Source: Chiloscyllium plagiosum (Eukaryota). Taken from it: a stretch of 64,000 nt of DNA. The notes below the pieces were generated by a model. The model saw only the letters and a list, made by a program, of their open reading frames with translations. It was not told the origin of the DNA and did not search any database. The stretch is from NCBI RefSeq assembly GCF_004010195.1, contig NC_057718.1:42422901-42486900 (forward strand), given 5' to 3'. The position numbers and the translations under genes are program-made. Below, piece by piece: positions 1 to 12,445 of this stretch. Numbering within the stretch: position 1 is the stretch's first letter; each line of letters starts with the position of its first letter.

Positions 1-1116
1 TGTTGCTATGCCCACCATTCTCATCATACTTCTGTTTTCAAAGAATGGATATCATAGGCATTGTCAAAACCTACATTCTACAGATTTGGGATCCTGGCAT
101 TATATCAGCATATTGGATGATGTTACATCAGGATAGTATAAAATTAACACATGTAGGTGCATGGAGAGGACATACCTGCACGAACCCATAGCCTTGGCAA
201 ATGCTACACAGGTAGCAGCTGACAAAGCATCCTGACCCAGAAAAGCCAGATAGGCCTTGAATCAGTATGATTCATCATGTGCATCAGGAGATAAAAGACT
301 TTATTGAAGATCAAATCAATGAATGTATTTTGCTTCTGAATTTTGGACACAAATGTGAACACACAGCACATATATCTTATTAAAACACTGAAAAGATTAG
401 CCTTTGGATTCTTAACAAGGTGTATGTGCTGTGTTCAAATTTAAGTCCAAAGTTCACATACAAAGATTAGCTTTTGAGCTGCTTCACTGGCACTTTGTCA
501 TAATCTTTAAAAATGCAAAGTTCGTTACTATGTTCATTTGAACAAGTTTTGTGTAAATTACTATAATTGTTTCATGCATGCATAACTACATTAAACAATT
601 GAATTGAAGATGATTGCTTATTACCTTTCATCTTAAAATCTGTTATTTTTTTGACCACATTCTGCTCGTACAACCAAAAGGAAAGCAAATGATTTCCAAG
701 CTTCCACCAATTATACTCTTCAGTTAAACTCCACTTGTTAGACAAAATGACTTCATTTCTAACTTACCTTCTGTCCTGGTTTTAACTATTATCTATGCTT
801 AAACCCAGTCATTTCAGGTTACACCAAAGCCTCACTAAATTAGGAAATGAGAGTCAAAACCGGCATTTTAACATTCAGCTATACTGTATACTATGTTAGG
901 ATGCTAATATGTTGTTTCATAATCAAGATTCCCAAGTATTGCATTTCACTTTAGACACCAATTACTGTATCCGAGCTGATTTTTTGAAACTCATTTAATA
1001 TTTTTCTGACAAGTCTCAGTAGTGCCATATTTCAGAGTAAATACTAATGTTCACGTCAATCTGGTTTTATCTCCTGATGCACATGATGATAATGCTGTAA
1101 GTGGTCTAATAATAAT

Positions 1117-1210
1117 AGAATCAGAGTTATACAGCACGGAAACAGATCCTTCAGTCCAAGTTGTCCGCATCAACCAGATATCCTAAACTAGTCTAACCCC
1201 TTTTGCCAGC
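1117..1210 (-). mobile_element. CR1 LINE 3' tail fragment
   Basis: Similar to the CR1 3' ends at 21000-21060 and 50594-50700 (…TACAGCACGGAAACAGATCCTTC…ACCAGATATCC). Confidence 0.7.
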
Positions 1211-1592
1211 AATAAACGGTATATATTTTCCTAAAATTGCAAAATGCAAACCAATATCTACTGTTTTTGGCACCCACAAGATGGCATAATGGTGACAAAG
1301 AAATGCATCAATAATTAACATATACCAGTACATTATTAAAACTCAACCATACACTTTGTTAAATTCTGTTACATTTATAAACCATCTTGCTATATAGAAA
1401 TATACTTCTAAGAACAATTTATATTATAAATTGAATTCCTTTGTCTGAACTATATTAAAAGAAAGAAGTTGGCACTTTTCCAAATGGATACTCACTTTGC
1501 TTCTGATTTAGATTAGCAAATATAGCATAAAAGCATATTTAGAGCACATTTTGATGCCATCATTTGTTGAATAATGAGGGAGATTTATTTAC

Positions 1593-1643
1593 CCTGACAG
1601 CCATTTCATTGTAGAAATTCATCTTCATAATAAAATATGCTCT
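1593..1643 (-). CDS. SPATA17: SPATA17 coding exon 4 (RAYFIMKMNFYNEMAVR), 51 nt; gene continues beyond the left edge
   Basis: Acceptor TTCACAG|, donor AGG|GTAAAT. Matches the recalled human VAYYTMMMNLYNAMAVR. Phase 0/0. Confidence 0.92.
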
Positions 1644-2584
1644 CTGTGAATTAAAGAAGATAGCACAGACTGTAGTTACAGGAAGATATAGCTCAAAGTT
1701 GACATATAAAAGTTAAAAATCTTTATAAATAATACATAATAAGAATTGCAGTGACAGACAGAAAAAACTCCAATTGTGCATTCAAAAGACAGCTATCGTT
1801 TTATGTATAATGCAAACGTAACCATTAAAACATACTATATTCAAATTACATGCTGTTGGAGATAAATTATGATGAAAAGATCTGCATTGAGTTTTATGAT
1901 CAATGTTACTCTACCAAGACCAGAATTACAAAAGACAAAATATCCACAAGTGCTGATGGCAATCTGTATTGTAGAGTTTGAGCCATAGGTCTTTTAAAGA
2001 GAGAGTTGCACTGTAGCATAAAATTTACATTTCACAATGTCTGGTTGAATTAAAATTTCAAAGAAACAATGCTTTTTACCTTCCACCCTTAAAGACTATC
2101 TGTACCTAAGAATGAAAATTATGCCTTCTAACCATCTGTGCAAAATGCCATAAACTTAGCCTCTTGACGACAATTTGAGGGTCCTATGAATTCATATCAT
2201 TTGACGCAATGTTTTTGTATTCTAAATTTACAACAATTCAACTGCTCAGCCTACATTAACACATCATTTGGAAAGTAGCAAGACAATGTTTAAATAATTG
2301 AATATAGTGTTGGTAAATACATTAGTATTTGATATGATAAATTAAAGATGCAGAAAATTTGTATTTTGACTTGAATTAAGCATCATTCTTTCTTCCTTTT
2401 TCATCTTTGAGGTGACTTATGGAAATAATGTTGCATCTTAGAATAATATCACTTATGTTTATTTCTAATGTCTTTTCTGTATATATTCTGTTCCTCGTTA
2501 TCCGATTGTTCTAATAGTTAGAATCTGAGTGTTCATTTTTTTCCAAATGCAGGGGTTAATTCGTTTAATGCTATTTGAGGGATT

Positions 2585-2955
2585 TTGGGAGATGGTGGAA
2601 GAGTTGTTATGTGACTAAATTTGTAATCCAAAAGGACCAAGCCAATGCCCAGCAGACAGGAGTTGAAATCCCCACCGTGGCAGCTAGTGAAATTTAAATG
2701 CTATCAATAAACCTGGATTATAAAGCTAGTCTTGGTATCCATGAGAACTACCATTGATTGTTTTTTTTAAAAAAAACACCCATCTGATTCACTAATGCCC
2801 TTTGCTTGGTCCTGCCTGCACTTGATTCCAAACTCACAATACTGCCTTTTAAAATTATTTAGCAAGCCAATTAGTTCAAGGACAGTTTGGGATGGGCTAC
2901 AAATGCTGACCTTTGCCAGCAATCCCCACTATCCCATGAAAGAAGAAAAAAAGAA
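2585..2955 (+). mobile_element. Degenerate tRNA-derived SINE
   Basis: Degraded tRNA-like head (GTTGAAATCCC B-box-like), body, and a tail GGGATGGGC…AAATGCTG…CCCATGAA followed by an A-rich end. Confidence 0.55.
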
Positions 2956-3769
2956 AATTTCAAGCTCATTATTTTTTTTTTAATGAATGTGTGCTTTGTT
3001 TGCCATGTTTTCCTGTGTAAAAGTTCAAATTAAGATGCATTCATAGCACTGTCTGTTTCACTTAAGTTTTATAAAATGTTAATCCAAACATGCTAGCTGA
3101 GAAAGTATTTTGAAAATAAATAATCAAAATGATTTCAAGACTTTTGCAATGGAACATATTGTCACCCTGTTGTTACTTATTTTCGGCACTCCAGTTTTTG
3201 ATACTGAATAAACCAAATACAAGTTAGGAGAAAACTGCCAACTAAACTATTTAATTAGAGAATTAGAATTAGAGAAATCATTAACAGGACTTCTGCAGAA
3301 ATTGTCAGGATATTGTCTGGAGCTGGGACATTGGTGCAAATTTGAGTTTGGGTTTGTTGAAGCAGTGTACTATGATTCTACCTCGTATTACCCATGTTCT
3401 AACACTGATATCCTTTTATTCGGGCTGTTCAACAAAATAAAACTATTTGCCTTTGGCACGATGTGCTTTATGATATCCAGAGATTCCTACTTTAATTATT
3501 GAGGCTGAATTCAGAAAAAGCTTCACAAGATAGCAGGGAATTAATTTGGCAAATGCCCTTGAATAGGCCAGAGAATCATACTGCATGATTTGTTACAGCA
3601 CCTTGATATGGCCTCCTCATTTTGTGTTATGTTTGCAATCCAGGCAAAAAATCCTGTTGATTAGTTGCATGCATTAGCAGATGGTCAAAACTGGTAAGTC
3701 ACTGACATTATTTGAAACTAGCCGAGAATTCTAAAAAGGATGTATATTGTTGCTGCATAGGTGCTGAAT

Positions 3770-3845
3770 CTAGTGATTATAAATTCCCTGATTGGCGCTG
3801 TTAACATGGTGCAGTCAGGGACCCCTGACTGACAGATATAGACAC
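3770..3845 (+). mobile_element. Probable 5' part of a Gypsy LTR (ATTGG box, palindrome, TATA-like GATATA), interrupted by the Tx1-like array
   Basis: Promoter-like motifs directly upstream of the array, which is followed by Gypsy pol. The LTR assignment rests on recalled similarity to a shark LTR family and is unverified. Confidence 0.5.
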
Positions 3846-5828
3846 CCTGAGAGTTCGGGTGTCCTTGGAGAAGGAGCATGCGGTGTCCACCAACACCCTG
3901 GAGTTGTTCAGGGAGAGGTGGGCGCAGCAGGGAGTGGAGTGCATTATTTCCCCCTCCAACTCTATTTAGATTTAATCCCTGCCCTCCCCTTCACTGTTTG
4001 ATCACACAGCATCGTCCTTTTGATGTGAAGGGCACTGCTTGTCACTGCCACTCGGGTGTTTCCTTTCTTCCTGCTGGTGGAAATTTGAATAAAGATTCGT
4101 GCACCTTGTGTCTTTCACTGTGTCTCACACTTGCACACACACAACATGGGTGTGGTGGAGAAATATAAGCACTACCACGGTTAGGCAGTAGTGTGGGGGT
4201 TTAATAATAAAAAAACCAGGAGTGTCAGAAGTTCTGTAAGAAAAAAAAGGATAGACACCCTGGATCGTTAGGGCTGACTGCCTGTCCATCTTCCGCGGTT
4301 ACGTTAGAGCCCCAGTGTCCTTGGAGAAGGAGCACGCGGTCTCCACCAACACCCTGGAGTTGTTTAGGGAGAAGTGGGTGCCGCAGGGAGTGGAGTGCAT
4401 TATTTCCCCCTCCAATTCTATCTTGATTTAATCCCTGCCCTCCCCTTCACTGTTTGATCACACAGCATTGCCCTTTGATGTGAAGGGCACTGCTTGTCAC
4501 TGGCCACTCAGGTGTTTCCTTTCTTCCTGGTGGTGGAAATTGAATAAAGATTCATACACCTTGCGTCTCACACCTGCACACACACATGGGTGCTGGGGAA
4601 AAAATAAGCACTACTGCAGTTAGGCGGTAGTGTGGAGGTTAAAACAAAACAAAAAAGAAAAATAAATAGACAGCAGTGGATGTTAGAGCCCAGGTATCCT
4701 TGGAGATGGAGCACGCAGTCTCCACCAACACCCTGGAGTTATTCAGGAAGAGGTGGGTGCCACAGGGAATGGAGTGCATTATCTCCCCCTCCAACTCTAT
4801 TTTGATTTAATCCCTGCCCTCCCCTTCACTCTTTGGTCACACAGCATTGCCCTTTGTGAAGGGCACTGCTTGTCACTAGCCACTTGGGTTTTTCCGTTCT
4901 TCCTGGTGGTGGAAATTGAATAAAGATTCGTACATCTTGTGTCTCTCACTGTGTCTCACACCTGCACACACACAACATGGGTACTGGTAAGAATAAGCAC
5001 TACCGCAGTTAGGCAGTAGTGTGGGGGTTTAAAAGAAAAAAAAAAGACACCCTGGATCGCTAGGGCCGACTGCCTGCCCCTCTTCCGTGGTTACGTTAGA
5101 GCCTGGGTGTCTCTGGGGAAAGAGCACGCAGTGTCCACCAACATCCTGGAGTTGTTCTGGGAGAGGTGGGCTCCGCAGGGAGTGGAGTGCATTATTTCCC
5201 CCTCCAACTCTATTTTGATTTAATCCCTGCCCTCCCCTTCACTGTTTGATCACGATGCATTGCCCTTTGATGTGAAGGGCACTGCTTGTCACTGGCCACT
5301 CGGGTGTTTTCTTTCTTCCCGCTGGTGGAAATTTGAATAAACATTCGTGCACCTTGTGCCTTTCACTGTGTCTCTCACCTGCACACACACAACATGGGTG
5401 CTGGGGAAAAAAGAAAAAAAAAGAAAAGAAAATAAATAAACAGGACAGTCAGAGGTTCTGTTCACAAAAAAGAAAAATAGACAGGAGTGTCTACGTTAGA
5501 GCCCGGGTGTGTCTGGAAAAGGAGCACACGGTGTCCACCAATACCCTGGAGTTGTTCAGGGAGAAATGGGTGCCACAGGGAGTGGAGTGCATTATTTCCC
5601 CCTCTAACTCTATTTTGATTTATTTCCTGCCCTCCCCAACACTGTTTGATCACACAGCACTGCCCTTTGATGTGAAGGGCACTGCTTGTCACAGGCCATT
5701 TGAGTGTTTCCTTTCTTCCTGGTGGTGGAAATTTGAATAAAGATTCGTGCACCATGTGTCTTTCACTGTGTCTCACACCTGCATACACACAGCATGGGTG
5801 CTGGGGAAAAATAAGCACTACCACAGTT
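3841..5828 (+). mobile_element. Five tandem 5'-truncated copies (about 340-410 bp each) of a Tx1-like non-LTR retrotransposon 3' end
   Basis: Each unit encodes an ORF2-like C-terminus (…ADCLPLFRGYVRARVSLEKEHAVSTNTLELFRERWAPQGVECIISPSNSILI*), then a 3' UTR with AATAAA and hairpins. Units 1-4 end in an A-rich tail. Units start near 3841, 4254, 4681, 5046 and 5492. Confidence 0.75.
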
Positions 5829-8400
5829 GACCAGGAAGCAATTCCACCATTTTGCCTGCCCTGCCCTGTGCCATTTGCCTTGCAATGTTAAAGTAGGAAC
5901 AGAAATCAAGAGACTGGAAAATGAAGGAATCATCAAACCAGTACAGTTTGCAAAATTATCAGCACCAGTTGTACCAACTGGTCGTTTTACCTTTGTGGGG
6001 ATTTTAATTAGTAAACCATTTCTTGCAGCTGGATAAATATCCAATCCTGGGCATAGAGGAATTGTATGCAAAACTGGGTGGGTGGGTGGGTGTTTCCTTC
6101 ATGAAACTGGATATGAGCCATGCGTACGTGCAATTGCGGTTAGATGAGGATTCCCAAAAGGTATGTTACAATTAATACCCATAAAAGGTTCATAACAATA
6201 TGCGACTGCCATTTGGCGTAGTCAGCCTGTGCCATTTTTAGCAGACGATGGAGAACATTTTACAAGGTCTACCGCAGGTTGGCCTTTATCTGGATGAAAT
6301 GTAAATAATTGCCATGTTGTGGCAGCGCCGGTGTCGGACAAAGTCAGAAGTCTCATGACACCAGGTTATAGTCCAACAGGTTTATCTGAAATCACCTGAA
6401 GGAGCAGCTCTCCAAATCTTGTGATTTCAAGTAAACCTGTTCGATTATAACCTGGTGTCGTGTGACTTCTGACTTTGCTAATAATAGGAAAGACTAATAA
6501 AGAGCATTTAGAGAATTTGGAAATAGTCCTTAGATGTTTCTCCAAAATGGGTGTATGCCTTAGGAGGGAAAAATGTGTTCCGGACACCCTCAAGTGACCC
6601 ACTTGAGCTACAGAGCCGACAAGAGCAAGTTACACCCATTGAAAGATAAAGTGAGGATGACCAAAGATGCTGTGGCTTACTACTTTCTTGGGCTGGTGAA
6701 CTATTACAGAAAGTTCACATGTAAACTGATCTCCATCCTGGCACCTTTCCATCTGCTATTGATAAAGGGTCAGTCTTGGGAATGGTTTCACAGCCAAGAC
6801 ATAGTCTTTAGGGAAGTGAAGAAGCAGCTATCATCATCTAAGATGGTGACACCCAAAGAGCAGGATCTGGTAGTGACATGCAATGTCTCTCCTTATGATA
6901 TTGGATAGTGTTGGCTCACAGATGGCCCAATGGAGAGGAACGCCCAACAGCAGGACTTTGGCTGATTCAGAGCTCAAGTATGCCCACATAGAGCAGTCAT
7001 CTTTGGTGAGAGAATGTTTTACGGATGTAACTTTGTAATAGTAAACAGACCACAAACCTCTGCTATGGCTACTCAAAGAAGACAAGGCCCATAGCTTCAG
7101 GTCAAATTCAGGGATGGGCTCTCATTCTACGTGCATACTATTACAAATTACAACATTGTCCAGGAGGCAAAGTAGCAAATTCGGGTGTCTTGAACTGCCT
7201 CCCACCGCAGACACATCACTGGTGGTGCTGCCACTAGAAGAGTCAGTTCTGGTTTTAAACCTTCCAGTCACCACTGAGAGTATCATACTGTAGACATAAA
7301 AAGATCCAGTCCTGGCAAAACAAAAACAAATGGTAATGGGGGAAACAAATGAGTCATCACAACCAGAATTGAAATCTTTCAGGAGCCAGCAAGAATAGAT
7401 CGCTGCAGAGGATGGCATTTTATTATGGGGAGGAAGAGTGATTGCCCCGAGCAAAGGTCACTAACCGATACTGGCTGAACTCCACTAAGGGTCACCCAGA
7501 AGTGTCCAAAATGAAGATATTGGTGAGACGTTATGTCTGGTGGCCAGGATTGGATGCAGACATAGCTATGTTGGTGGGACAGTGGGCAGAATGCCAACAA
7601 GGACAAATATTATTGCCTGCAGAACCAGTCCCCACCCCATTCATGGGAACTGCCAGGCAAATCATGGACTCGGTTACATGTTGATTGGGCCGGCTCTTTC
7701 ATGGGATCAATCTTCTGAGGCATTGTGGACACCCAATCAGTGTGCAGGGCTTATTAGTCAAACATGAGGACAAAGATAGAAAAGCAGTGAATACCTTTTG
7801 CAATGATCTGACTCCAGGAAGTGTCACAGCCAACAGGCCTTCATTTACCATGAAGGAATTCATATATTGCCTAAATGACATTTGGCATACAAGGACAGCT
7901 CCATATTATCCATCATCTAACGGTCTGGTGTAAAGCGCAGTCCAAACTTTGAAGCCAGACTTAAAGAAATAGCTCACAGCTTCACTTGATACCAAACAAT
8001 CCTGATTGTCAAATCACCCTTCATGCAACTACAGGGACAGCTCCAGGAGAGTTACCAATGTGCAAATACTCTGCACCAGATTAAATCTGATCTCTCCAGA
8101 ACCCCAATGGGGAAGGGGGGGGGGGGCGAGGTGGAGCATCAATGCTGGAAACAAGATTCCTCTCAGCAAGAGAGACAGTTTACTTCAGGGGACAAAGCTT
8201 GGCATTGCAACCTCAGGGATGATCCTGCATGGTAAAGAGGCATGGTCGATGTGAGGATGGGTTCCATGACGTACAAAGTTGGGTAGGTGAGGCAGTTATT
8301 GAATAAGCACATCAACCACAGGAAAGCGGCAAACTCATGAATGAGGTAGGAGCAAAATATACCCGGCCCTCAGAACAGTTGGAGGCTGTCAGAAAGTGTG
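5826..8400 (+). mobile_element. Decayed Ty3/Gypsy LTR retrotransposon pol (RT-RNaseH-integrase); gag and protease absent
   Basis: Frameshifted motifs PVPFAL…EIKRLENEGIIKPV…APVVP, YLDE (RT), FLGLVNYYRKF, integrase zinc finger GHPEVSKMK…YVWWPGLD…C, and integrase core RTAPYYPSSNGL. Confidence 0.9.
6310..6477. mobile_element. Penelope-type terminal-repeat fold-back inserted in the Gypsy RT
   Basis: 57-bp inverted repeat (6339-6395 vs 6421-6477). Same family as 37340-37510 and 61880-62010. Confidence 0.75.
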
Positions 8401-8442
8401 GGTTCTCTCCCTCCACCTAACATTAAAGAAACCTTGGACTGA

Positions 8443-8630
8443 GATTTAGCATGGCCAATTCACCTAACCTGCACATTTTTGGACTGTGGGAGGAAACCGG
8501 AGCACCTGGAGGAAACCCACGCAGACACGGGGAGAATGTGCAAACTCCACACAGAGAGTCTCCAGAGGCGGGAATTGAACCTGGGTCTCTGGCACTGTGA
8601 GGCAGCAGTGCTAACCACTGTGCCGCCCAC
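8443..8630 (-). mobile_element. HE1-type shark SINE (5' portion)
   Basis: Reverse complement of the 17866 copy; tRNA-like A/B boxes and V-SINE-like core. Confidence 0.85.
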
Positions 8631-10311
8631 TATAAACTATCAGGGTTATAAGCTTTAAGTGACTTTTGAAAAAGAGAACAGGTGAACATAGGAGTGGATG
8701 GGAACTGATGTTTTCCAATGTTACATTGGTGGTGGAAAGGAGAAGTGTCTACCTTTTCCAGAGGGAGTCAAGACAGCATACAATCACAGATTTGGAAGGG
8801 AGTGGGAACAGACAGATATGGAAGTCAATGCAATGAACGCAGAGTTGCAAGATGTTTAATGATCTTACATGAGCAGGCAAGCTCAGTGAATGCCCCCTCA
8901 AATACCATATCTTCCAACTAAATCAGACTCAGTCACTGCTCAAATCACGTCAAATCATGCTCAATGACACAGTTCTTTCTTCCTTGCCAAGAGCAGGTTA
9001 TACACAAGAGCAGCGGGCATTAACCAGATGGAGAGAGGTAGCCTTTTATCCTGTAATTCACAGGGGGCAACACAGGAAACATTACCAACTGCAAAGTAGT
9101 CTTGGCTGAATCCAATCAAAACAATGGTATCCTTCTCCTCATATCCTACTTTTCCTCATCTCAGAATTTCTTCTGCCTACAAGTTGCAGATGGCATAAGC
9201 ATATTCCTCTTACTTTAATCCCTACTTCCTCATCACAACCTTTCCCCGTGACTTTTTACTTATCCAATACCCAAGAATCACAACCTCACTAGGCATTGGG
9301 ACAAGAGCATAATGTTGTACTTCACATTTAATACTTGTAAACACAGCTCAACTTTGCACATATTATCAAGAGGATAGCTTAGAAGCAGGGTCTGCATCTG
9401 ATGCGACACCAGCCACAAATGGATTGCATCTGTCAAGACATACAAAGCCTAATGATAGTGTAAGAAACTAGAGATCAATCTTTTTCCTTAATTCTAGATT
9501 TATGCAGAATGTAGCCTTTCTACCTTCTCCCTAAACAATTCCCAGTGTCCCACAAATGTGCTCAGGGCTGGGGATTGGAATAAGGCAGAGGTGAGCTCAC
9601 CAAGGTGTTGAGATCTTAACATTGTGCTCTGAAATACTGCAATGGGCAAGGATATAGAAAAAAGCTGATGTGTACACACAATGAAACACTTGAAGCATGG
9701 AACGCCTGCCAGAAAGCAGTCAAGGGAATGGAAGGTTCCGGTACCAACTTGGCACAATACTTTGAGCAGAACTGGAACTCCATCCTTTCTAGCATGATCA
9801 AATCCTTTTGTCCACTTGGTGGTCCCAAACATGACAAAGCAGATCATGGTGGATGCCACTAGAAGTCTTGCTACAAAAGTTGAGATTCCTTGCGTGTCAG
9901 GTCAACTAAACTTGATGCAAGCTCAAACTGTTATGCAAGGTCCAACAACTGCCAATATGGTTGTGAATGCTGCAGACTGTCTTGTTCACCATCAGATTAC
10001 CATGATGGCATGAGGCTGAGGCATCACCCTGATTGAGTGGCACTGGTACATTAACAGAAACTTGTCTTGTTCTCTCAGCATTACTGATTTTCGTCTCTTA
10101 GCCCTAGTCATTCTAGTTGTGAAAGTTAGTAGCCTTCCAACAACCATCCTGCAGTTTGCAGAAGTACATTGGAGCAGGAAGACAGAGAAAGGCAGTCAGA
10201 ATGGATGTAAAGGAAACCAATCAGTTTGCTACTGCCCAATCCACTGCACATTATTCTGTAATAGTATGGAATCTCAAAGGTTTGAGCAACAGGTGAATAG
10301 CAGCTACACAG

Positions 10312-10414
10312 AAGAGTCAAGATTAGGGTGGTGCTGTAAAAGCACAGCAGGTCAGGCAACATCTGAGGAGCAGGAAAATCAACATTTCGGGCAAAAGCCC
10401 TTCATCAAGAATGA
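10312..10414 (-). mobile_element. PLE family A terminal-repeat fragment with a degenerate hammerhead motif
   Basis: Reverse complement of 12320-12420. Confidence 0.75.
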
Positions 10415-10439
10415 GCAGGCAGCTACACGTAAGCTATAG

Positions 10440-10860
10440 CAGGCACGTGAATGGTGTCTGCCACTAACAGGATGCTGATGACAAACCAAAAAGACATTCT
10501 ACCTGCAGACAAGTGAGTAATGTGGTGTATGAATTTCAGTGTTGGTATGATACCAAGTATCTAGACTGAACATCCCCAATATTGGAGGATCCTAACAAAC
10601 AGCACATACCTTTGGCTGTTCAGAACAAGCAATGTACTGATCAAAGTACATTGCAAAGTTTGCAACACAATGTCCAAAATGAGATGTTAATCCACAATCT
10701 TACAACATTTGATGTATAATATAGACTGTGCAAAGAATTACATTAACTGATTTAGGATTGTCAACTGGGCTTGCAGTTGAATGCACTTGTGTATTAATGA
10801 ACAAGGTCTTTTTTTTTGCAGACAGAAGTTACTGCACCTATTTCAACTCAACATAGCAGG
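10440..10860 (+). mobile_element. Old GIY-YIG-encoding (Penelope-like) 3' fragment, resuming after 12455
   Basis: Degenerate SNVVYEFQC…Y motif near 10515-10570. Confidence 0.5.
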
Positions 10861-10864
10861 TGAC

Positions 10865-12445
10865 ATCCAATCCCTCTACACCTCCATCCGCTATGACCAG
10901 GGCCTCCAAGCCCTCAGTTTCTTCCTCTCCTGACGTCCCTACCAGTACCCTTCCACTGACATTCTCATTAGTTTGGCTGAACTGGTCCTCACCCTTAGCA
11001 ATTTCTCCTTCGAATCCTCCCACTTCCGCCAGACCAAAGGGGTAGCCATGGGTACCCGCATGGGCCCCAGCTAAGCCTGTCTCTTTGTTAGCTACGTAGA
11101 ACAGTCCATCTTCCGTAATTACACTGGCAACACTCCCCACCTCTTCCTCCACTACACTGATGAGCCACCTCATCCTCCCGTGAAGACGTTGAGCAGTTCA
11201 TCAACCTCGCCAGCACATTCCACCCTGACGTTAAATTCACCTGAACCATCTCTGACACCTCCCTCCCCTTCCTGAACCTCTCCATCTCCATCAATGATGA
11301 CTGACTCAATACTGATATTTTTTACAAACCCACCGACACCCACAGCTACCTGGATTACATCTGTTCCCACTTTACCTCCTGTAAAAATGCTATCCTGTAT
11401 TCCCAATTCCTCCGCCTCTGCCATATCTGCTTCCAGGAGGACCAGTTCCACTACAGAACACACCAGATGGCCTCTTTCTTTAAATACCATAATTTCCCTC
11501 CCATGTGGTTGAAGATGCCCTCCAAAGCATCTCATCCACATCCCGCACTTCTGCCCTCAAACCCCACCCCGCCAATTGCAACAAGGACAGAACACCCCTG
11601 GTCCTCACCTTCCACCCACCAACCTCCACATAAACTGCATCATCCGTTGTCATTTCCGCCACCTACAAATGGACCTCACCACCAGCAATACATATCCCTC
11701 CCCACTCATATCCATTTTCCGCAAAGACCGTTCCCTTTGTGACTACCTGGTTAGGTCCACGCGCCCCCCCCCAACAACCCACTCTCCCCTCCTGGCACCT
11801 TCCCCAGCCACCTCAGGAATTGCAAAACATGTGCCCACACCTCCCCATCACCTCCATCCAAGGCCCCAAAGGAGCCTTCCGCATCCAAAGTTTCATTTGC
11901 GCATCCACCAATGACATTTATTATATCTGTTGTTCCCAACGTGGTCTCCTTTACATTGGGGAGACCAGACGCCTTCTCGCAGAGGGCTTTAGGGACCATC
12001 TCCGGGACACCCGCACCAATCAAACCCAACGTCCCATGGCTGAACATTTCAACTCCCCCTCCTGCTCTGCCAAGAACATGCAGGTCCTGGGCCTCCTTCA
12101 CCGCCACTCCCCCACCGCCAGACACCTGGAGGAAGAACGCCTCATCTTCCGCCTCAGAACACTTCAACTCCAGCCGATCTTCTTTCCCACCTATCTGCTT
12201 CACCCTCCTCTCCAACCTATCACTTTCATCCCCACCTCCATCCACCTATTGCACTCTTACCTACCTTCTCCCCAGCCCCACCCCCTCCCATTTATCTCTC
12301 CACCCTGGAGGCTCCCAGCCTCTTTCCTGATGAAGGGCTTTTGCCCAAAGCGTTGATTTTCCTGCTCCTCGGATGCTGCCTGACCTGCTGTGCTTTTCCA
12401 GTCCACTCTAATCTTGACTCTGATCTGCAGTCCTCACTTTCGCCA
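10865..12445 (+). mobile_element. 5'-truncated Penelope-like element (family A): RT, GIY-YIG endonuclease and terminal repeat
   Basis: RT motifs DIQSLYTSI and QTKGVAMGTRMGPS. GIY-YIG motif IYYICCSQRGLLYIGETRR…AEHFN. Flanked by the direct repeat AGCAGGTGAC (10855-10864 and 12446-12455). Confidence 0.9.

Noticed and set aside
1..1592. SPATA17 exon 5 (third IQ motif)
   Set aside because: No matching sequence found on the minus strand; it probably lies left of the window.
3841..5828. CRISPR array or satellite interpretation of the tandem units
   Set aside because: The units are about 400 bp, encode a LINE ORF2-like C-terminus with AATAAA and A tails, and lie in a vertebrate intron with no cas genes.
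8950..10100. Cluster of short ORFs, possibly a decayed DNA-transposon gene
   Set aside because: No motif I could recognise with confidence; needs a BLASTX or Dfam search.
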